A program made the translations under genes and the position numbers. From Acidobacteriota bacterium (GTDB lineage Bacteria; Acidobacteriota; Terriglobia; Terriglobales; SCQP01), in assembly GCA_021826505.1 (NCBI GenBank), contig JAKAZV010000001.1:34713-98712 (forward strand): DNA of 64,000 nt, read 5' to 3'. This document shows positions 18,477 through 28,654 of the stretch, piece by piece. Positions within the stretch are counted from its first letter, which is position 1; the number at the start of each line of letters is the position of its first letter. Under the pieces are notes generated by a model. It worked only from the letters and a program-made list of their open reading frames with translations. It ran no database searches and was not told the DNA's origin.

Positions 18477-20627
18477 ATGACGCAGCCATTTTTGATTGAA
18501 GTGGGGTGTGAGGAAATTCCCGCCCGGTTTTTAGCCGGGCTGAGCGGCCAGCTTCTCGCAAGTTTAGGCGAGGAATTACAAACCTCTGGTTTAAGAATTG
18601 CCGATGCGGATTTACATGCTGCCTATACGCCGCGGCGGCTGGCGGCTTGGACAGACAAAATTCTCGATCGCCAATCTGATCGCGAGGAAGAAACCGTAGG
18701 CCCGCCGGTGAAGGCGGCCTACGATGCGCAGGGCAGTCCCACACCGGCGGCCGTGAACTTTGCCAAAAAATTCGGCGCCGCGGCCGGTGATTTATATAAA
18801 GTCGCCACGGCCAAAGGTGAATACATTGCCCTCCGGCGTAAAATCGCCGGCCAGGCTGCGGCCAAGCTTTTGCCCGGGATCATTTTGCGGGCATGGAGCC
18901 GATTGGAGCTGCCGCGTTCAATGAAGTGGGACGAAAGCGGCTTTAAGTTCATCCGGCCGGTGCGCTGGCTGGTGGTGCTGCTCGGAGACGAAGTCATTCC
19001 CATGCAACTGGGCGATGTCGCGAGCGGGCGCCAGACCCGCGGACACCGCACCCTGGGCAGCCAGGCGATTGAACTGAAACGGGCCGATGGCAATGAATAT
19101 TTAAGGTTGCTGGAAAGGAATTTTGTTCTGGCCCTACCGGAAGCCCGACGCGAGCGCATCCGGAGCGGTTTGCGGGAGCAAACGCCGGAAAACGGCTTGC
19201 GGGCCGTGGACGATGCGGAACTGCTGGAAATTCTGGTCAATCTGACCGAATATCCCACCGTGATCCGGGGCGAATTTGACCGGCAATTCCTGAAGCTGCC
19301 GCGCGAGGTGCTGGTGACGGTGATGCGCAGCCACCAGCGCTATTTTGCCCTGGAAGAAGCGCGCGAGGGAAGCCAGCTCGCGCCGGGATTTCTGGCCGTG
19401 GCCAATCAGGATCAGGACCGCGACGGACTGATCCGCCAGGGGCATGAACGGGTGCTGCGGGCGCGTTTCAATGATGCGCTGTTTTTCTGGCGGCACGACC
19501 GGAAGCGGAGTCTGGAGAGCCGGCTGGAAGACATGAAGCACATTACATTCCACGCCAAACTGGGCAGCTATTACGATAAAGCCCAGAGAATGCTGCGCGC
19601 GGAATTGATCAATTATTTAGCTTTCTGTCTGGGAATAGAGCAGCAAAAGGACGAAATCCGGCAGGCGATTCAATTATCAAAGTGCGATCTGGGCACGGAA
19701 CTGGTCAAGGAATTTACCGAACTGCAAGGCCAGATCGGAGGCCGGATCGCGCAGGCGGAGAATGTTCCAGAAGAGGTCTGGCAGGCATTATATGATCATT
19801 ATCTGCCCGCGGCCACTTTAGATCGCATCCCGCGCAATTTGACCGGTGCGGCCGCCGCGCTGGCCGACAAATTCGACACCCTGGCCGGAATGTTCGCGAT
19901 GGGGGAAATCCCCAGCGGCTCCCGCGACCCCTATGCGTTGCGCCGCGCCGGCAACGGCATCGTGAGAATTTTAGTGGAAAAACATAAAAGCCTGCCGTTG
20001 AAACGGGCTTTGGAAATTGCCCTGCAGCCGTTTCAAAACCCCGAGCATGCTTTAGGGCAATTACGGCTCTTTTTTAAGGAACGCCAGGAATTCTTCTTTC
20101 AGGAAATGTTTTCTTATAAACAGAATTCACCCATTCAAAAGGAAGAAGTCATGGCGGTATTGAATCCCTTGGGTGAGGATGACCCCTTCGGTCCCGCCAA
20201 TGATCCATTCGATGCCAGCTTGCGGCTTAGGGCGTTGAATGAAGTTCGCAGGGACAAACCGCAGACATTTGCGCGGGCGGCTGAAGTTTTTAAACGCATG
20301 CGGAATATTGTGCAGAAGGAGGGTGAACTGAAAGATTGGCTCGACATAAAATTTGACCGTGCATCATTTAATGATTTGGAAAGGGATCTCTGGAAGGAGT
20401 TGATTCCATTAGACCTGCCGGAAAAATCACAAAGCCCCGATTACTACAGGGAATATTTATCAATCGCCGCGGATATGGCGCCATTGGTCGAGAAATATTT
20501 TAATGAGGTGCGGGTCAATGATCCCGACCCTGAGTTGCGAAAAAACCGCCTGGCATTTTTAGCCTGGGCAACTGTGAAGTTGGGGCGTGTGGCTGATTTA
20601 TCGTTATTATCCCCGCTGCAAAAATAA
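18477..20627 (+). CDS. glyS: glycine--tRNA ligase beta subunit
   Basis: LIEVGCEEIPA, TPRRLA, FIRPVRW, HQRYF, EFTELQG, PSGSRDPYALRR, NRLA. Confidence 0.96.
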   Translation: MTQPFLIEVGCEEIPARFLAGLSGQLLASLGEELQTSGLRIADADLHAAYTPRRLAAWTDKILDRQSDREEETVGPPVKAAYDAQGSPTPAAVNFAKKFGAAAGDLYKVATAKGEYIALRRKIAGQAAAKLLPGIILRAWSRLELPRSMKWDESGFKFIRPVRWLVVLLGDEVIPMQLGDVASGRQTRGHRTLGSQAIELKRADGNEYLRLLERNFVLALPEARRERIRSGLREQTPENGLRAVDDAELLEILVNLTEYPTVIRGEFDRQFLKLPREVLVTVMRSHQRYFALEEAREGSQLAPGFLAVANQDQDRDGLIRQGHERVLRARFNDALFFWRHDRKRSLESRLEDMKHITFHAKLGSYYDKAQRMLRAELINYLAFCLGIEQQKDEIRQAIQLSKCDLGTELVKEFTELQGQIGGRIAQAENVPEEVWQALYDHYLPAATLDRIPRNLTGAAAALADKFDTLAGMFAMGEIPSGSRDPYALRRAGNGIVRILVEKHKSLPLKRALEIALQPFQNPEHALGQLRLFFKERQEFFFQEMFSYKQNSPIQKEEVMAVLNPLGEDDPFGPANDPFDASLRLRALNEVRRDKPQTFARAAEVFKRMRNIVQKEGELKDWLDIKFDRASFNDLERDLWKELIPLDLPEKSQSPDYYREYLSIAADMAPLVEKYFNEVRVNDPDPELRKNRLAFLAWATVKLGRVADLSLLSPLQK

Positions 20628-20632
20628 ATTCT

Positions 20633-22255
20633 TTATCGCGGATGGATTTTTTCCGCAATGCAGATCCATTGGCCATCGGCATGAGCCTGCCAGACCGGGC
20701 TGACATGCAGCCGCTGTAACAGCCGGGGCAAGCTGAGCGGCGGCTGGTAATGAAAATAGCGCCGCAGCCAGCCGCGCCAGAGGGCGCGCGCCGGAAGCAG
20801 CCAGCCGGGCAGCGACGCTTCATCCGGCTGGTACTGACGGGAATAGAGCAGCGCCGCGGAAAAGGCGGGAGGGTTGTGCAGGCTGCGGCGATTGAAGTTG
20901 TTAACCTGGGCCACGCGCAGCGGCCGGCGGACATAGCCTAATGCCGGCTCAGCCAGCGCCTGGCTGGCCGGCCATGCGGTGAGAATCGGCTGGGCATGAG
21001 GCAGCGTGGCGAGCCGGCGGGCGGCCCGCTGCTGCAGGCGGACGAATGACGCCCACGATAGGTTGTCCTCATAAGGAAACGGATAGGGCGGACGCCAGAA
21101 CCAGTGCAGTATGAAAAATCCGGCAATGGCGAAAGCGGCCAATCCCCGCCAGACGCGGCGCGGCAATTGCCCGAGGCCGGCGGCCAGCCAGACGTACAGC
21201 AGCGCCTGCGCCGGCAATAGGTAGCGGGCAAGTATGGCGCCGCCGATGAGCGCGTGAAAAAAAAGGTAGGCTGCCACCAGCCAGGCGATCTCGCGCGTCA
21301 GTGGCGCAGCCGCGGCATTCCGGTCCGCATGCCGGCGCCAGCCCCAGAGCCCCAGAACCACCAGCAGCCAGGCGCCGTTGTAAACAAAAAGCTGCCACAG
21401 CCGCTCCGCCAGCGCCAGGCTGAAGCGAGGCAGCAGATCGAGCGGCGCCAGCGGCAAATTGTAGGCAAGAAACCCGGGGTTGCCCATCCAGTAACCGGTA
21501 AGGGCGTGGTAATACGCCAGCCAGGCCAGCAAGGGCAGGACGGCCAGCCCATGCGGCCGGCAGGATTGCCAGAATGATCGCCCAGGTTTGGCTTCCGGCG
21601 TTGAACGCGACCGCATCTGCCGCAGCCATGAATAAATGTCCAAGACCGCGAGCGTGGCGGGGACAATGGCCGCGGTTTCTTTCGTAATGCAGGCAAGCGC
21701 GGAGCAGGCTATATACGCGAATATGCGGCGGCGCTGGCGAAAATAGACGGCCCAGAGGATCAAGGCCGCGGCCGGCAGATCGAGCAGCGCCAACGGCGCC
21801 TGGGCGAAAACCAGCGGCGCCAGCCCAAGGAGCAGAGGCGCCAGAATCGCCGCGCTGCGGCTGTATATCCCGGCCAGTCGCGCTGCGCCTGCCAGCAGCA
21901 GCCCATAAAATCCCAGCATGGCCGCGCGCGTCACCCAGCGATGCGGGCCCGCCAGACGCCAGAACAGCGCCAGCGCCGCCATGACCAGAGGTGGATGGCC
22001 ATTGGCCAGCGTGGTTCGCGGCACCCACCAGTCGTGACGGAAAATATCGAGCGCGGCGGGGACGAAGTATCCGGCCTCATCCCAGTAATAAGAAAGGTGT
22101 AGCGCCCAGATGTGGGTGATGATCCCCAGGGCATACAGGCCGGCGAAAAGCAGAATGGAATTCTGAAATTCCGCCCCGCGCCGGCTTGAATTCAACCGGC
22201 GGGTTTGCCGATCTGCTTCGATCCACGGGGCTTCCGGATGGGGCGGGCGCGGCAT
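20633..22255 (-). CDS. GT-C fold membrane glycosyltransferase (GT39/ArnT-like)
   Basis: Multiple TMs; WDE motif after TM1; HPPL; TKE; RYLLP. Confidence 0.75.
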   Translation of the reverse strand: MPRPPHPEAPWIEADRQTRRLNSSRRGAEFQNSILLFAGLYALGIITHIWALHLSYYWDEAGYFVPAALDIFRHDWWVPRTTLANGHPPLVMAALALFWRLAGPHRWVTRAAMLGFYGLLLAGAARLAGIYSRSAAILAPLLLGLAPLVFAQAPLALLDLPAAALILWAVYFRQRRRIFAYIACSALACITKETAAIVPATLAVLDIYSWLRQMRSRSTPEAKPGRSFWQSCRPHGLAVLPLLAWLAYYHALTGYWMGNPGFLAYNLPLAPLDLLPRFSLALAERLWQLFVYNGAWLLVVLGLWGWRRHADRNAAAAPLTREIAWLVAAYLFFHALIGGAILARYLLPAQALLYVWLAAGLGQLPRRVWRGLAAFAIAGFFILHWFWRPPYPFPYEDNLSWASFVRLQQRAARRLATLPHAQPILTAWPASQALAEPALGYVRRPLRVAQVNNFNRRSLHNPPAFSAALLYSRQYQPDEASLPGWLLPARALWRGWLRRYFHYQPPLSLPRLLQRLHVSPVWQAHADGQWICIAEKIHPR

Positions 22256-22330
22256 GCTCAGCCGCCATCATACAGGATGCTGCGGGAGGGCGAAGAGAGA
22301 AACGCCGCTTGGCCGTGTTCGCGCCGCTGC

Positions 22331-22639
22331 CTACTGCACGTGTCCGGTATCGGGCAGTGGATTGAGCTGAATCGAACCGAAGGCTTTTTCGTAGTTGGCC
22401 ACATGGGTTTCGAGCAGATTCAGCACCGCCTTGGCCTGCTGCGGGCTGAGATAAATGCCCTGAAACATGTGAATTTCCACTTCGTCGGGCACCTTCTGGT
22501 CCATCAGCCCGAACTGCAGAAAAAAATCCCAGGTGCTGGGGCGGATTTGCACCGAGTTGGAGTACTGTTCGCGGTATTCCGGCTTGAGGATGACGTTGAT
22601 GCGGGGCTGATTGGGAATGGGAGGGTTCATAAATGGCAT
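22331..22639 (-). CDS. DUF3467 family protein
   Basis: YSNSVQI...DFFLQFG...IYLSPQQAKA..LL...V..YE..FG.I. Confidence 0.8.
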   Translation of the reverse strand: MPFMNPPIPNQPRINVILKPEYREQYSNSVQIRPSTWDFFLQFGLMDQKVPDEVEIHMFQGIYLSPQQAKAVLNLLETHVANYEKAFGSIQLNPLPDTGHVQ

Positions 22640-22657
22640 GACCGGTTCATTGAGGTT

Positions 22658-22933
22658 TCAGACGCCGAGTTTCTTCAAGGCTTCCTGATAATGGCGGCGA
22701 TAGAGCAAATCCCACTCTTGGCTGCCTTCCAGAATTTCACGCTTTTGCGAGGCGATCTTCGCGCGGGCCTCGGCGTCAATTTTTTCCTCGGCATGCAGCA
22801 AATGCTCAAGCTGCTGCCGGATCAGCAGCCGCAGATCGTTGCGTTCCAGCCGGAAAACCACTTCCGGATGCCCCGCCAGCTCCGAGGTGATGACATGGGC
22901 AAGCTGATTGACTTTTTCCCGCGACAGGCGCAC
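22658..22933 (-). CDS. DUF507 family protein
   Basis: MRLSREKVNQLAH...EGSQEWDLLYRR pattern. Confidence 0.75.
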   Translation of the reverse strand: MRLSREKVNQLAHVITSELAGHPEVVFRLERNDLRLLIRQQLEHLLHAEEKIDAEARAKIASQKREILEGSQEWDLLYRRHYQEALKKLGV

Positions 22934-23211
22934 TAGAGCACCGCCTTTTTCTGCCGCACCAGTTCGTTTTTGATTTTCCGGAAGGCTTCCGAATAGCCGG
23001 CCCCCAGTTGCTGCATCTGGGCCGAGTGGGCGGAAAGAATGGCCCGGGCCTCTTCGTTAATGCGGTTTTCCACGTTGAGCTCTTCGGTGAGCGCGTGGTG
23101 AATCCAATCCGCCACGGGAACCGCGCGCGGCGCCTCGATGGCCTTGGCCTCGGTGAGCCGCCGCGCCAGATCGCGGGCTAGAAAAGTCACGTATTCGCGA
23201 GCGATCGGCAT
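22933..23211 (-). CDS. DUF507 family protein (tandem paralog)
   Basis: EELNVENRINEEARAIL...FRKIKNEL; overlaps the next gene by 1 bp. Confidence 0.72.
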   Translation of the reverse strand: MPIAREYVTFLARDLARRLTEAKAIEAPRAVPVADWIHHALTEELNVENRINEEARAILSAHSAQMQQLGAGYSEAFRKIKNELVRQKKAVL

Positions 23212-23272
23212 ATAAAGAAACCAGGGACTGGGCGTGGCATTGCGGAGAACTCCGCCGCTGAAGTCCAGAATC

Positions 23273-23701
23273 TTATTTTACCCGCAAGGCGGCGAAAAGT
23301 TCGGGCCAGACCAGACGGTCGGCCTCGAGCAGATCAAATTCCGGAACGGTCTGGAGCGCGACCCAGCGGATTTGCTCAAAGACGCGGTTCACCGGCGTGC
23401 CGGAATACCCGGCGATTCGATAAAAGGCCAGCTCCAGGGGCCCGGTTTCAGGGTAGCTATGGCGGAAACGCAGCAGCAGCGGGCCTGGCTGGACAACAAT
23501 GTCCAGTTCTTCGTGAAATTCGCGCGCCAGCGCCGCGGTTTCGCTCTCGCCCGCCTCGACTTTGCCGCCGGGAAACTCCCATTTTCCGCCCTGCCGCCCG
23601 GTGAGCGCGCGCTGGCAGAGCAGGATTTCGCCGGCCGTATTCATCAGCAATCCTCCAACAATGAGCCGCGCGGAGTTTTCTTGCCCGAATGAGTCAAACA
23701 T
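23273..23701 (-). CDS. NUDIX hydrolase, MutT/NudG-like
   Basis: WEFPGGKVEAGESETAALAREFHEEL Nudix box; start set at ATG 23701 to avoid overlap with era. Confidence 0.9.
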   Translation of the reverse strand: MFDSFGQENSARLIVGGLLMNTAGEILLCQRALTGRQGGKWEFPGGKVEAGESETAALAREFHEELDIVVQPGPLLLRFRHSYPETGPLELAFYRIAGYSGTPVNRVFEQIRWVALQTVPEFDLLEADRLVWPELFAALRVK

Positions 23702-23729
23702 CGTACTATCTTGACCGATAATAAACGGA

Positions 23730-24692
23730 GTGGCCGCAAGCAAACATTCCCAGCCGGAGCCGGGCGGGCTGCGCTCGGGCTTTATTGCCATCGTGGGCCG
23801 GCCCAACGTGGGCAAAAGCACGCTGCTGAACCGGATTCTGGGCCGCAAGCTGGCCATTGTGACGCCGCATCCGCAGACCACGCGCACGCATTTACTGGGC
23901 ATTTACCGCCAGCCGGCCGAAGGCTTGCGCCCGGCGGCGCAATTGATTTTAGTGGATACGCCCGGCGTGCATCGCGGCAAAACTCAGCATAACCGCGAAA
24001 TGCTGCGTCACGTGCGGCAGGGGCTGGAGGGCCGCGACGCGGCGCTGCTGATGGCCGATGTCACGCGCCCCTTCGGAGCCGAAGACGCGCAGGCGCTCGA
24101 ATTGGTGCGGCTGCCCGATGCCGGCCCCAGTCCGCTGCCGGTGGTCTTGGCGCTCAATAAGATTGACCGGCTGCGGGATCGCCGCGAGTTGCTGCCCATC
24201 CTCGAAGCCTGGAAAAAGCGCCATGATTTCGCGGCGCTGGTTCCGATTTCGGCTCAGACCGGAGAGCAGACGGACCGGCTCCTGCAAGCCCTGATCGAAC
24301 TGCTGCCGCAAGGCCCGGAATATTTTCCCGAGGGTCAGATTACCAATCAGTCCGACCGCTTTCTGGCCGCCGAACTGGTGCGCGAAGCGGCCATGCGGCG
24401 CTTGCGGGATGAGTTGCCCCATGCCATCGCGGTGCAGATAGAAAAACTGGAGCCTGGCCCGCGCCTGACCCGCATAGAGGCCGTCATTTACTGTGAACGC
24501 GAAGGACAAAAGGCGATCCTGGTGGGCCAGCACGGGGAACAGATCCGCGCCATCGGCATTCAGGCCCGCCGCGAACTGGAAAAGCATCTCGCAACCCAGG
24601 TTTTCCTGGGACTGCATGTCGCGGTGCGGGAGCAATGGCGCGAAGATCGCGGCTTTTTACGCCATCTGGAGGCCCGGGATGGAGAGATCTGA
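23730..24692 (+). CDS. era: GTPase Era
   Basis: GRPNVGKS, QTTR, DTPG, NKID, C-terminal KH domain. Confidence 0.96.
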   Translation: MAASKHSQPEPGGLRSGFIAIVGRPNVGKSTLLNRILGRKLAIVTPHPQTTRTHLLGIYRQPAEGLRPAAQLILVDTPGVHRGKTQHNREMLRHVRQGLEGRDAALLMADVTRPFGAEDAQALELVRLPDAGPSPLPVVLALNKIDRLRDRRELLPILEAWKKRHDFAALVPISAQTGEQTDRLLQALIELLPQGPEYFPEGQITNQSDRFLAAELVREAAMRRLRDELPHAIAVQIEKLEPGPRLTRIEAVIYCEREGQKAILVGQHGEQIRAIGIQARRELEKHLATQVFLGLHVAVREQWREDRGFLRHLEARDGEI

Positions 24693-24756
24693 CCGTCCGG
24701 CCGGCGCCCCTGCTCCCGCTTAAAATCCCGTATAATGAGTAACTTGCGAAATTAAC

Positions 24757-25242
24757 ATGAAGTGTCCCTTCTGCGGCCATCTGGAAGACAAAGTAGTGGA
24801 TTCCCGGGAATCCAAAGAGCGCGAGGCCATCCGCCGGCGGCGCGAGTGCCTCAACTGCCAGCGCCGCTTCACCACCTACGAGCGGATAGACGAAATTCCC
24901 TATATGGTGGTGAAAAAAGACGGCCGGCGGGAAAAATTTGACCGCCAGAAGGTTTTAAACGGCCTGCTCCATGCCTGCGAGAAACGCCCGGTCGGCATGC
25001 CCGCCATGGAGGCCACGGTCAATGAAATTGAAACCCGGGTCATGGATGCCAGCGAGCGTGAGGTGCAGACCAGTGAGATTGGCCAGTTAATCATGGACCG
25101 TCTGCGCCTGCTGGATAAAGTGGCCTACGTGCGTTTCGCCTCGGTGTATCTGGATTTTAAAAATGTGCAGGAGTTCATGGACGAACTGCAAACCCTTCTG
25201 CGCCAGCACGATTCCGGACGCCGGCCGGGCGGCAACGGATAA
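24757..25242 (+). CDS. nrdR: transcriptional repressor NrdR
   Basis: MKCPFC...IRRRREC..C..RFTTYE; ATP cone; DKVAYVRFASVY. Confidence 0.98.
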   Translation: MKCPFCGHLEDKVVDSRESKEREAIRRRRECLNCQRRFTTYERIDEIPYMVVKKDGRREKFDRQKVLNGLLHACEKRPVGMPAMEATVNEIETRVMDASEREVQTSEIGQLIMDRLRLLDKVAYVRFASVYLDFKNVQEFMDELQTLLRQHDSGRRPGGNG

Positions 25243-25248
25243 TTGAGT

Positions 25249-27819
25249 ATGCCCGCGACCTCACCCGATCCGGCGCCGCTGCCGCCGGAGCGCCTGCAAG
25301 AGATCAGTTTGAGCGTGGTCAGCGCGTTGCGCCGGCGGGAAGAGAGTTTTTTTGCCCGGCCCCGCGGCCGGGAGGATGGGCAACAGCGGGCGCAACTGGC
25401 CGATCAAATCACCCGGGAAATGTTTGCGGCGTGGTTCGCAAATCAGCCCGGCGTGAGCCTGGCGGCGGTGGGCGGCTTTGGCCGCGGTGAGCTGTTCCCG
25501 AGTTCCGATATTGATCTGTTATTTTTCTGTCCCCGGCAGCCCGATGCCGCGCTGAAAGCCAGGCTGCGGGGATTTTTGCAGTCGCTTTGGGATGTGCACC
25601 TGCGGGTCAGCCATGGCGTGCGTTCTCCGGAAGAATGCGGCGAGCTGCATGAGGGCAATACCGAATTTACCATCGGCTTGCTCGATATGCGGCCGCTCGC
25701 CGGCGAGCCTGAATTGTACGAAAGGGCGCGCCTGTCTCTGTCCCGGCTGCTGCAGAAAAAAGCCCCGCTGGTTCAACAGCGGCTGGAAGAATTGATCCGT
25801 GAGCGCCACGCCAGGTTCGCCGACACGGTTTTTCATCTGGAACCTAATGTGAAGGAATCGCCCGGCGGTCTGCGCGATCTGCACGCGGTGGGTTGGCTGC
25901 GCGCGCTGGAATGGACGGGCGACGGCATCTGTCCGGCGGAGGCGCGCATGCCGGCCACTCCGGAATGGCGCGAAGCGCATGAAAATCTGGCTCTGATACG
26001 GACTTTTTTGCATTACGTGCAGGGCCGTGACGTCAATCTGCTGAGCTATGAATTGCAGGAGCGGCTGGGGCGGGAATTAGCGCCCCGGCATCAGCCCCAC
26101 TCCGCCGAAGCCTGGATGCGGGCTTACTTTCGTCATGCCCGGCTGATCGCGCGTGAGCTGCGCCAGCGCATGGCCGGCCGCGATGCCGGCCGCATCTCCG
26201 CCCGCCGCCTTTCCACGGCTCCGGGTTGGAAGCTGGAAGCGCGGCAGGTAGACTGGACCCGCCCGATGGTGGAGCTCGACTACGCCGCCATCTGCCGCGG
26301 ATTTCTCTTTGCCGCGGATGCGGGAGCCTATTTAAGCCCCGCCAGCGAATCCGCGGTGCAGCAAGCGTTGATCTGGGGCGACCGGCGGCCGGAATCTCAG
26401 CGCGAAATCTGGCCCGCGCTGGCTGATTTGCTGCGCCATCCGCTGGCCTACGAGGCCCTGGCGGAAATGCATCAGGTCGGCATTTTATCGCTGCTTTTGC
26501 CTGAGTTTTCCGCCGTGGATGGCTGGGTGCAGCGCGATTTTCATCACCGCTACACCGTGGACGAGCATACGTTATTAACCCTGCGCGGGCTGCGGCTCCT
26601 GCAATCCTCCGAATCACCCTCCCGCCAGCGGCTGGCGGAATTGTACGGTGAAATCGAAAAACCCGAACTGCTGAGCCTGGCTCTTCTCTTACACGACCTG
26701 GCCAAGCCGGCGGGGACAGAAACCCACGTGGCCGCCGGCGCTGAACAGGCCGCGGCCATCGCCGCGCGCTGGAGCATGGATGCAAAGGCGGCCGCCGATG
26801 TCGTCTTTCTGGTCGGCCATCATCTGGCCATTTCCAAAGCCATGCGGCGCGACATCTTCGACCCCGATAACATCAGCGCCCTGGCCCTCGAACTGGGCAA
26901 TGAGGAACGGCTGAAAATGCTGACTCTCATGACCTGGGCCGATATCCACGCCGTGCATCCCGAAGCCATGACGGCGTGGAAGGAAGAAAACCTGTTTCAG
27001 CTCTACATCGAGACCTATAACGCCCTCACCCACCGCGCCGATCAGAACCGCATCGTGCCCGGCAATCGTGACGTCCACGACGTGCTGGCGCAGGTCTCCG
27101 CCGGCGAGCTCCGTCAGGCGCAGGCCAGCCCGGAGGAATTTGCTGCCTTTCTGGAAGGCCTGCCGCGCCGCTATCTGGCTTCGTATTCTGCCCAGGAAAT
27201 GCTGCGGCATCTGCGGCAGGCGAGCGGACTGGCGCGGCAGCCGGTGCAAACCAATTTAGTCGCCTGGGCGGAAGGTTACGAGCTGACCGTGATCATGCGC
27301 GACCGTCCGGGAATTTTTGTCACCCTGACCGGCCTGCTGGCCGGGCGCGGCTTCAATATTGTCAAGGCCGAGGCGGTCTCCAACCGGCAGGGAATTGTGG
27401 TGGACCGTTTTCGCTTTCTGGATCCCAGCCGCTCGCTCGAACTCAATCCCGAAGAATACGAAACTCTGCAGCGCCAGATCGTTACGGCTTTGTCCGCCAG
27501 TTATGACCCGGAGCGGCTGCGCTTGCCGGCCCAGCACTGGTTCGCCCGCGGCGCCGGGCCGGCGATTGCGCCCCGGGTGCATTTTGAAGCCACGGTGGAC
27601 GGCAAACAGACATTATTGGAAGTCATTACCCGCGACCGTCCGGGCCTGCTGTTTGATATCAGCCGGATTCTGGCCCAGCATGGCTGTGATCTTTCCGTGG
27701 CTCTGATTGACACCGAATCCACCAAAGCCATTGATGTCTTTTATTTGACTTTCGACCACCGGCCGTTAGACCAGGAACGCATATTAAATTTGCGCAAATT
27801 ATTATTGGAAGTTCTCTGA
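25249..27819 (+). CDS. glnD: [protein-PII] uridylyltransferase
   Basis: AVGGFGRGELFPSSDIDL, EPNVKESPGGLRD, HRYTVDEH, LLHD, two ACT domains (DRPG). Confidence 0.94.
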   Translation: MPATSPDPAPLPPERLQEISLSVVSALRRREESFFARPRGREDGQQRAQLADQITREMFAAWFANQPGVSLAAVGGFGRGELFPSSDIDLLFFCPRQPDAALKARLRGFLQSLWDVHLRVSHGVRSPEECGELHEGNTEFTIGLLDMRPLAGEPELYERARLSLSRLLQKKAPLVQQRLEELIRERHARFADTVFHLEPNVKESPGGLRDLHAVGWLRALEWTGDGICPAEARMPATPEWREAHENLALIRTFLHYVQGRDVNLLSYELQERLGRELAPRHQPHSAEAWMRAYFRHARLIARELRQRMAGRDAGRISARRLSTAPGWKLEARQVDWTRPMVELDYAAICRGFLFAADAGAYLSPASESAVQQALIWGDRRPESQREIWPALADLLRHPLAYEALAEMHQVGILSLLLPEFSAVDGWVQRDFHHRYTVDEHTLLTLRGLRLLQSSESPSRQRLAELYGEIEKPELLSLALLLHDLAKPAGTETHVAAGAEQAAAIAARWSMDAKAAADVVFLVGHHLAISKAMRRDIFDPDNISALALELGNEERLKMLTLMTWADIHAVHPEAMTAWKEENLFQLYIETYNALTHRADQNRIVPGNRDVHDVLAQVSAGELRQAQASPEEFAAFLEGLPRRYLASYSAQEMLRHLRQASGLARQPVQTNLVAWAEGYELTVIMRDRPGIFVTLTGLLAGRGFNIVKAEAVSNRQGIVVDRFRFLDPSRSLELNPEEYETLQRQIVTALSASYDPERLRLPAQHWFARGAGPAIAPRVHFEATVDGKQTLLEVITRDRPGLLFDISRILAQHGCDLSVALIDTESTKAIDVFYLTFDHRPLDQERILNLRKLLLEVL

Positions 27820-27904
27820 CAGTGTTGACGGCATCCGCGCCGTTTGAGAGTGGATACAACGTTTCCCTGGCTGGCGATCTCTGACCTTTCGTAGTGAGGT
27901 TGGC

Positions 27905-28654
27905 ATGAAAGTCGCACCCGTTGATCCGCGCATGAGATTTCCAGCCAGGATTTGCTTCGGACTGATTCTATGCATGGCGGTGGGCAGCCTCCATGCGGCA
28001 ACTTCCAGCCGCGGGCAGGATATCCGCCGCATCCGGCATTCCGAGCGGGTGTTCCGCAGCATCATGAAAACCCCCGATCATGCGATTCCTGAATCTATTC
28101 TGGGCAAGGCAAAATGCATCGCCATTATTCCCGGACAGAAAAAATTCGCCTTTGGATTTGGCGGTCAGTATGGCAAGGGCCTGGCGACCTGCCGCACAAC
28201 TCGCCTGGGCTGGAGCGCTCCGTTGTTTATACAGATTGGCGGGGCAAGCTGGGGTTTGCAGATCGGCGGCGCATCAAGCGACGTCATCATGGTCTTCATG
28301 AGCCGGGCCGGTCTGAGAAAAATGCTGAGCAGCAAGTTCAAAATCGGCGCTGGCGCAATGGCCGCGGCCGGTCCGGTGGGCAGAAATGTTTCGGCCGCCA
28401 CCAATATCACGTTAAAAAGTAAAATCCTGACCTATGCCCGCAGCAGCGGAGCCTTCGCCGGCATTAGCCTCAATGGCAGTGTGATCCAGCCTGACAATAG
28501 CGGCAACCGTCATATGTACGGCCATTCACTGAGCGACCGCAGAATTTTATCCGGCCATGTGCGGGTGCCTCCCGCGGCCGTGCCTTTGATCCGGCTCATT
28601 GAAACCGATACTCACTACATTCGCGCCGGCGCTCCGGTGCCGCGCCGTCATTAA
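27905..28654 (+). CDS. SYLF/YSC84 lipid-binding domain protein, secreted
   Basis: IP..IL..AKCIAIIP, GGQYGKG, WSAP, GLQIGG, AGPVGR, ILTYARSSGAFAGISL. Confidence 0.9.
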   Translation: MKVAPVDPRMRFPARICFGLILCMAVGSLHAATSSRGQDIRRIRHSERVFRSIMKTPDHAIPESILGKAKCIAIIPGQKKFAFGFGGQYGKGLATCRTTRLGWSAPLFIQIGGASWGLQIGGASSDVIMVFMSRAGLRKMLSSKFKIGAGAMAAAGPVGRNVSAATNITLKSKILTYARSSGAFAGISLNGSVIQPDNSGNRHMYGHSLSDRRILSGHVRVPPAAVPLIRLIETDTHYIRAGAPVPRRH

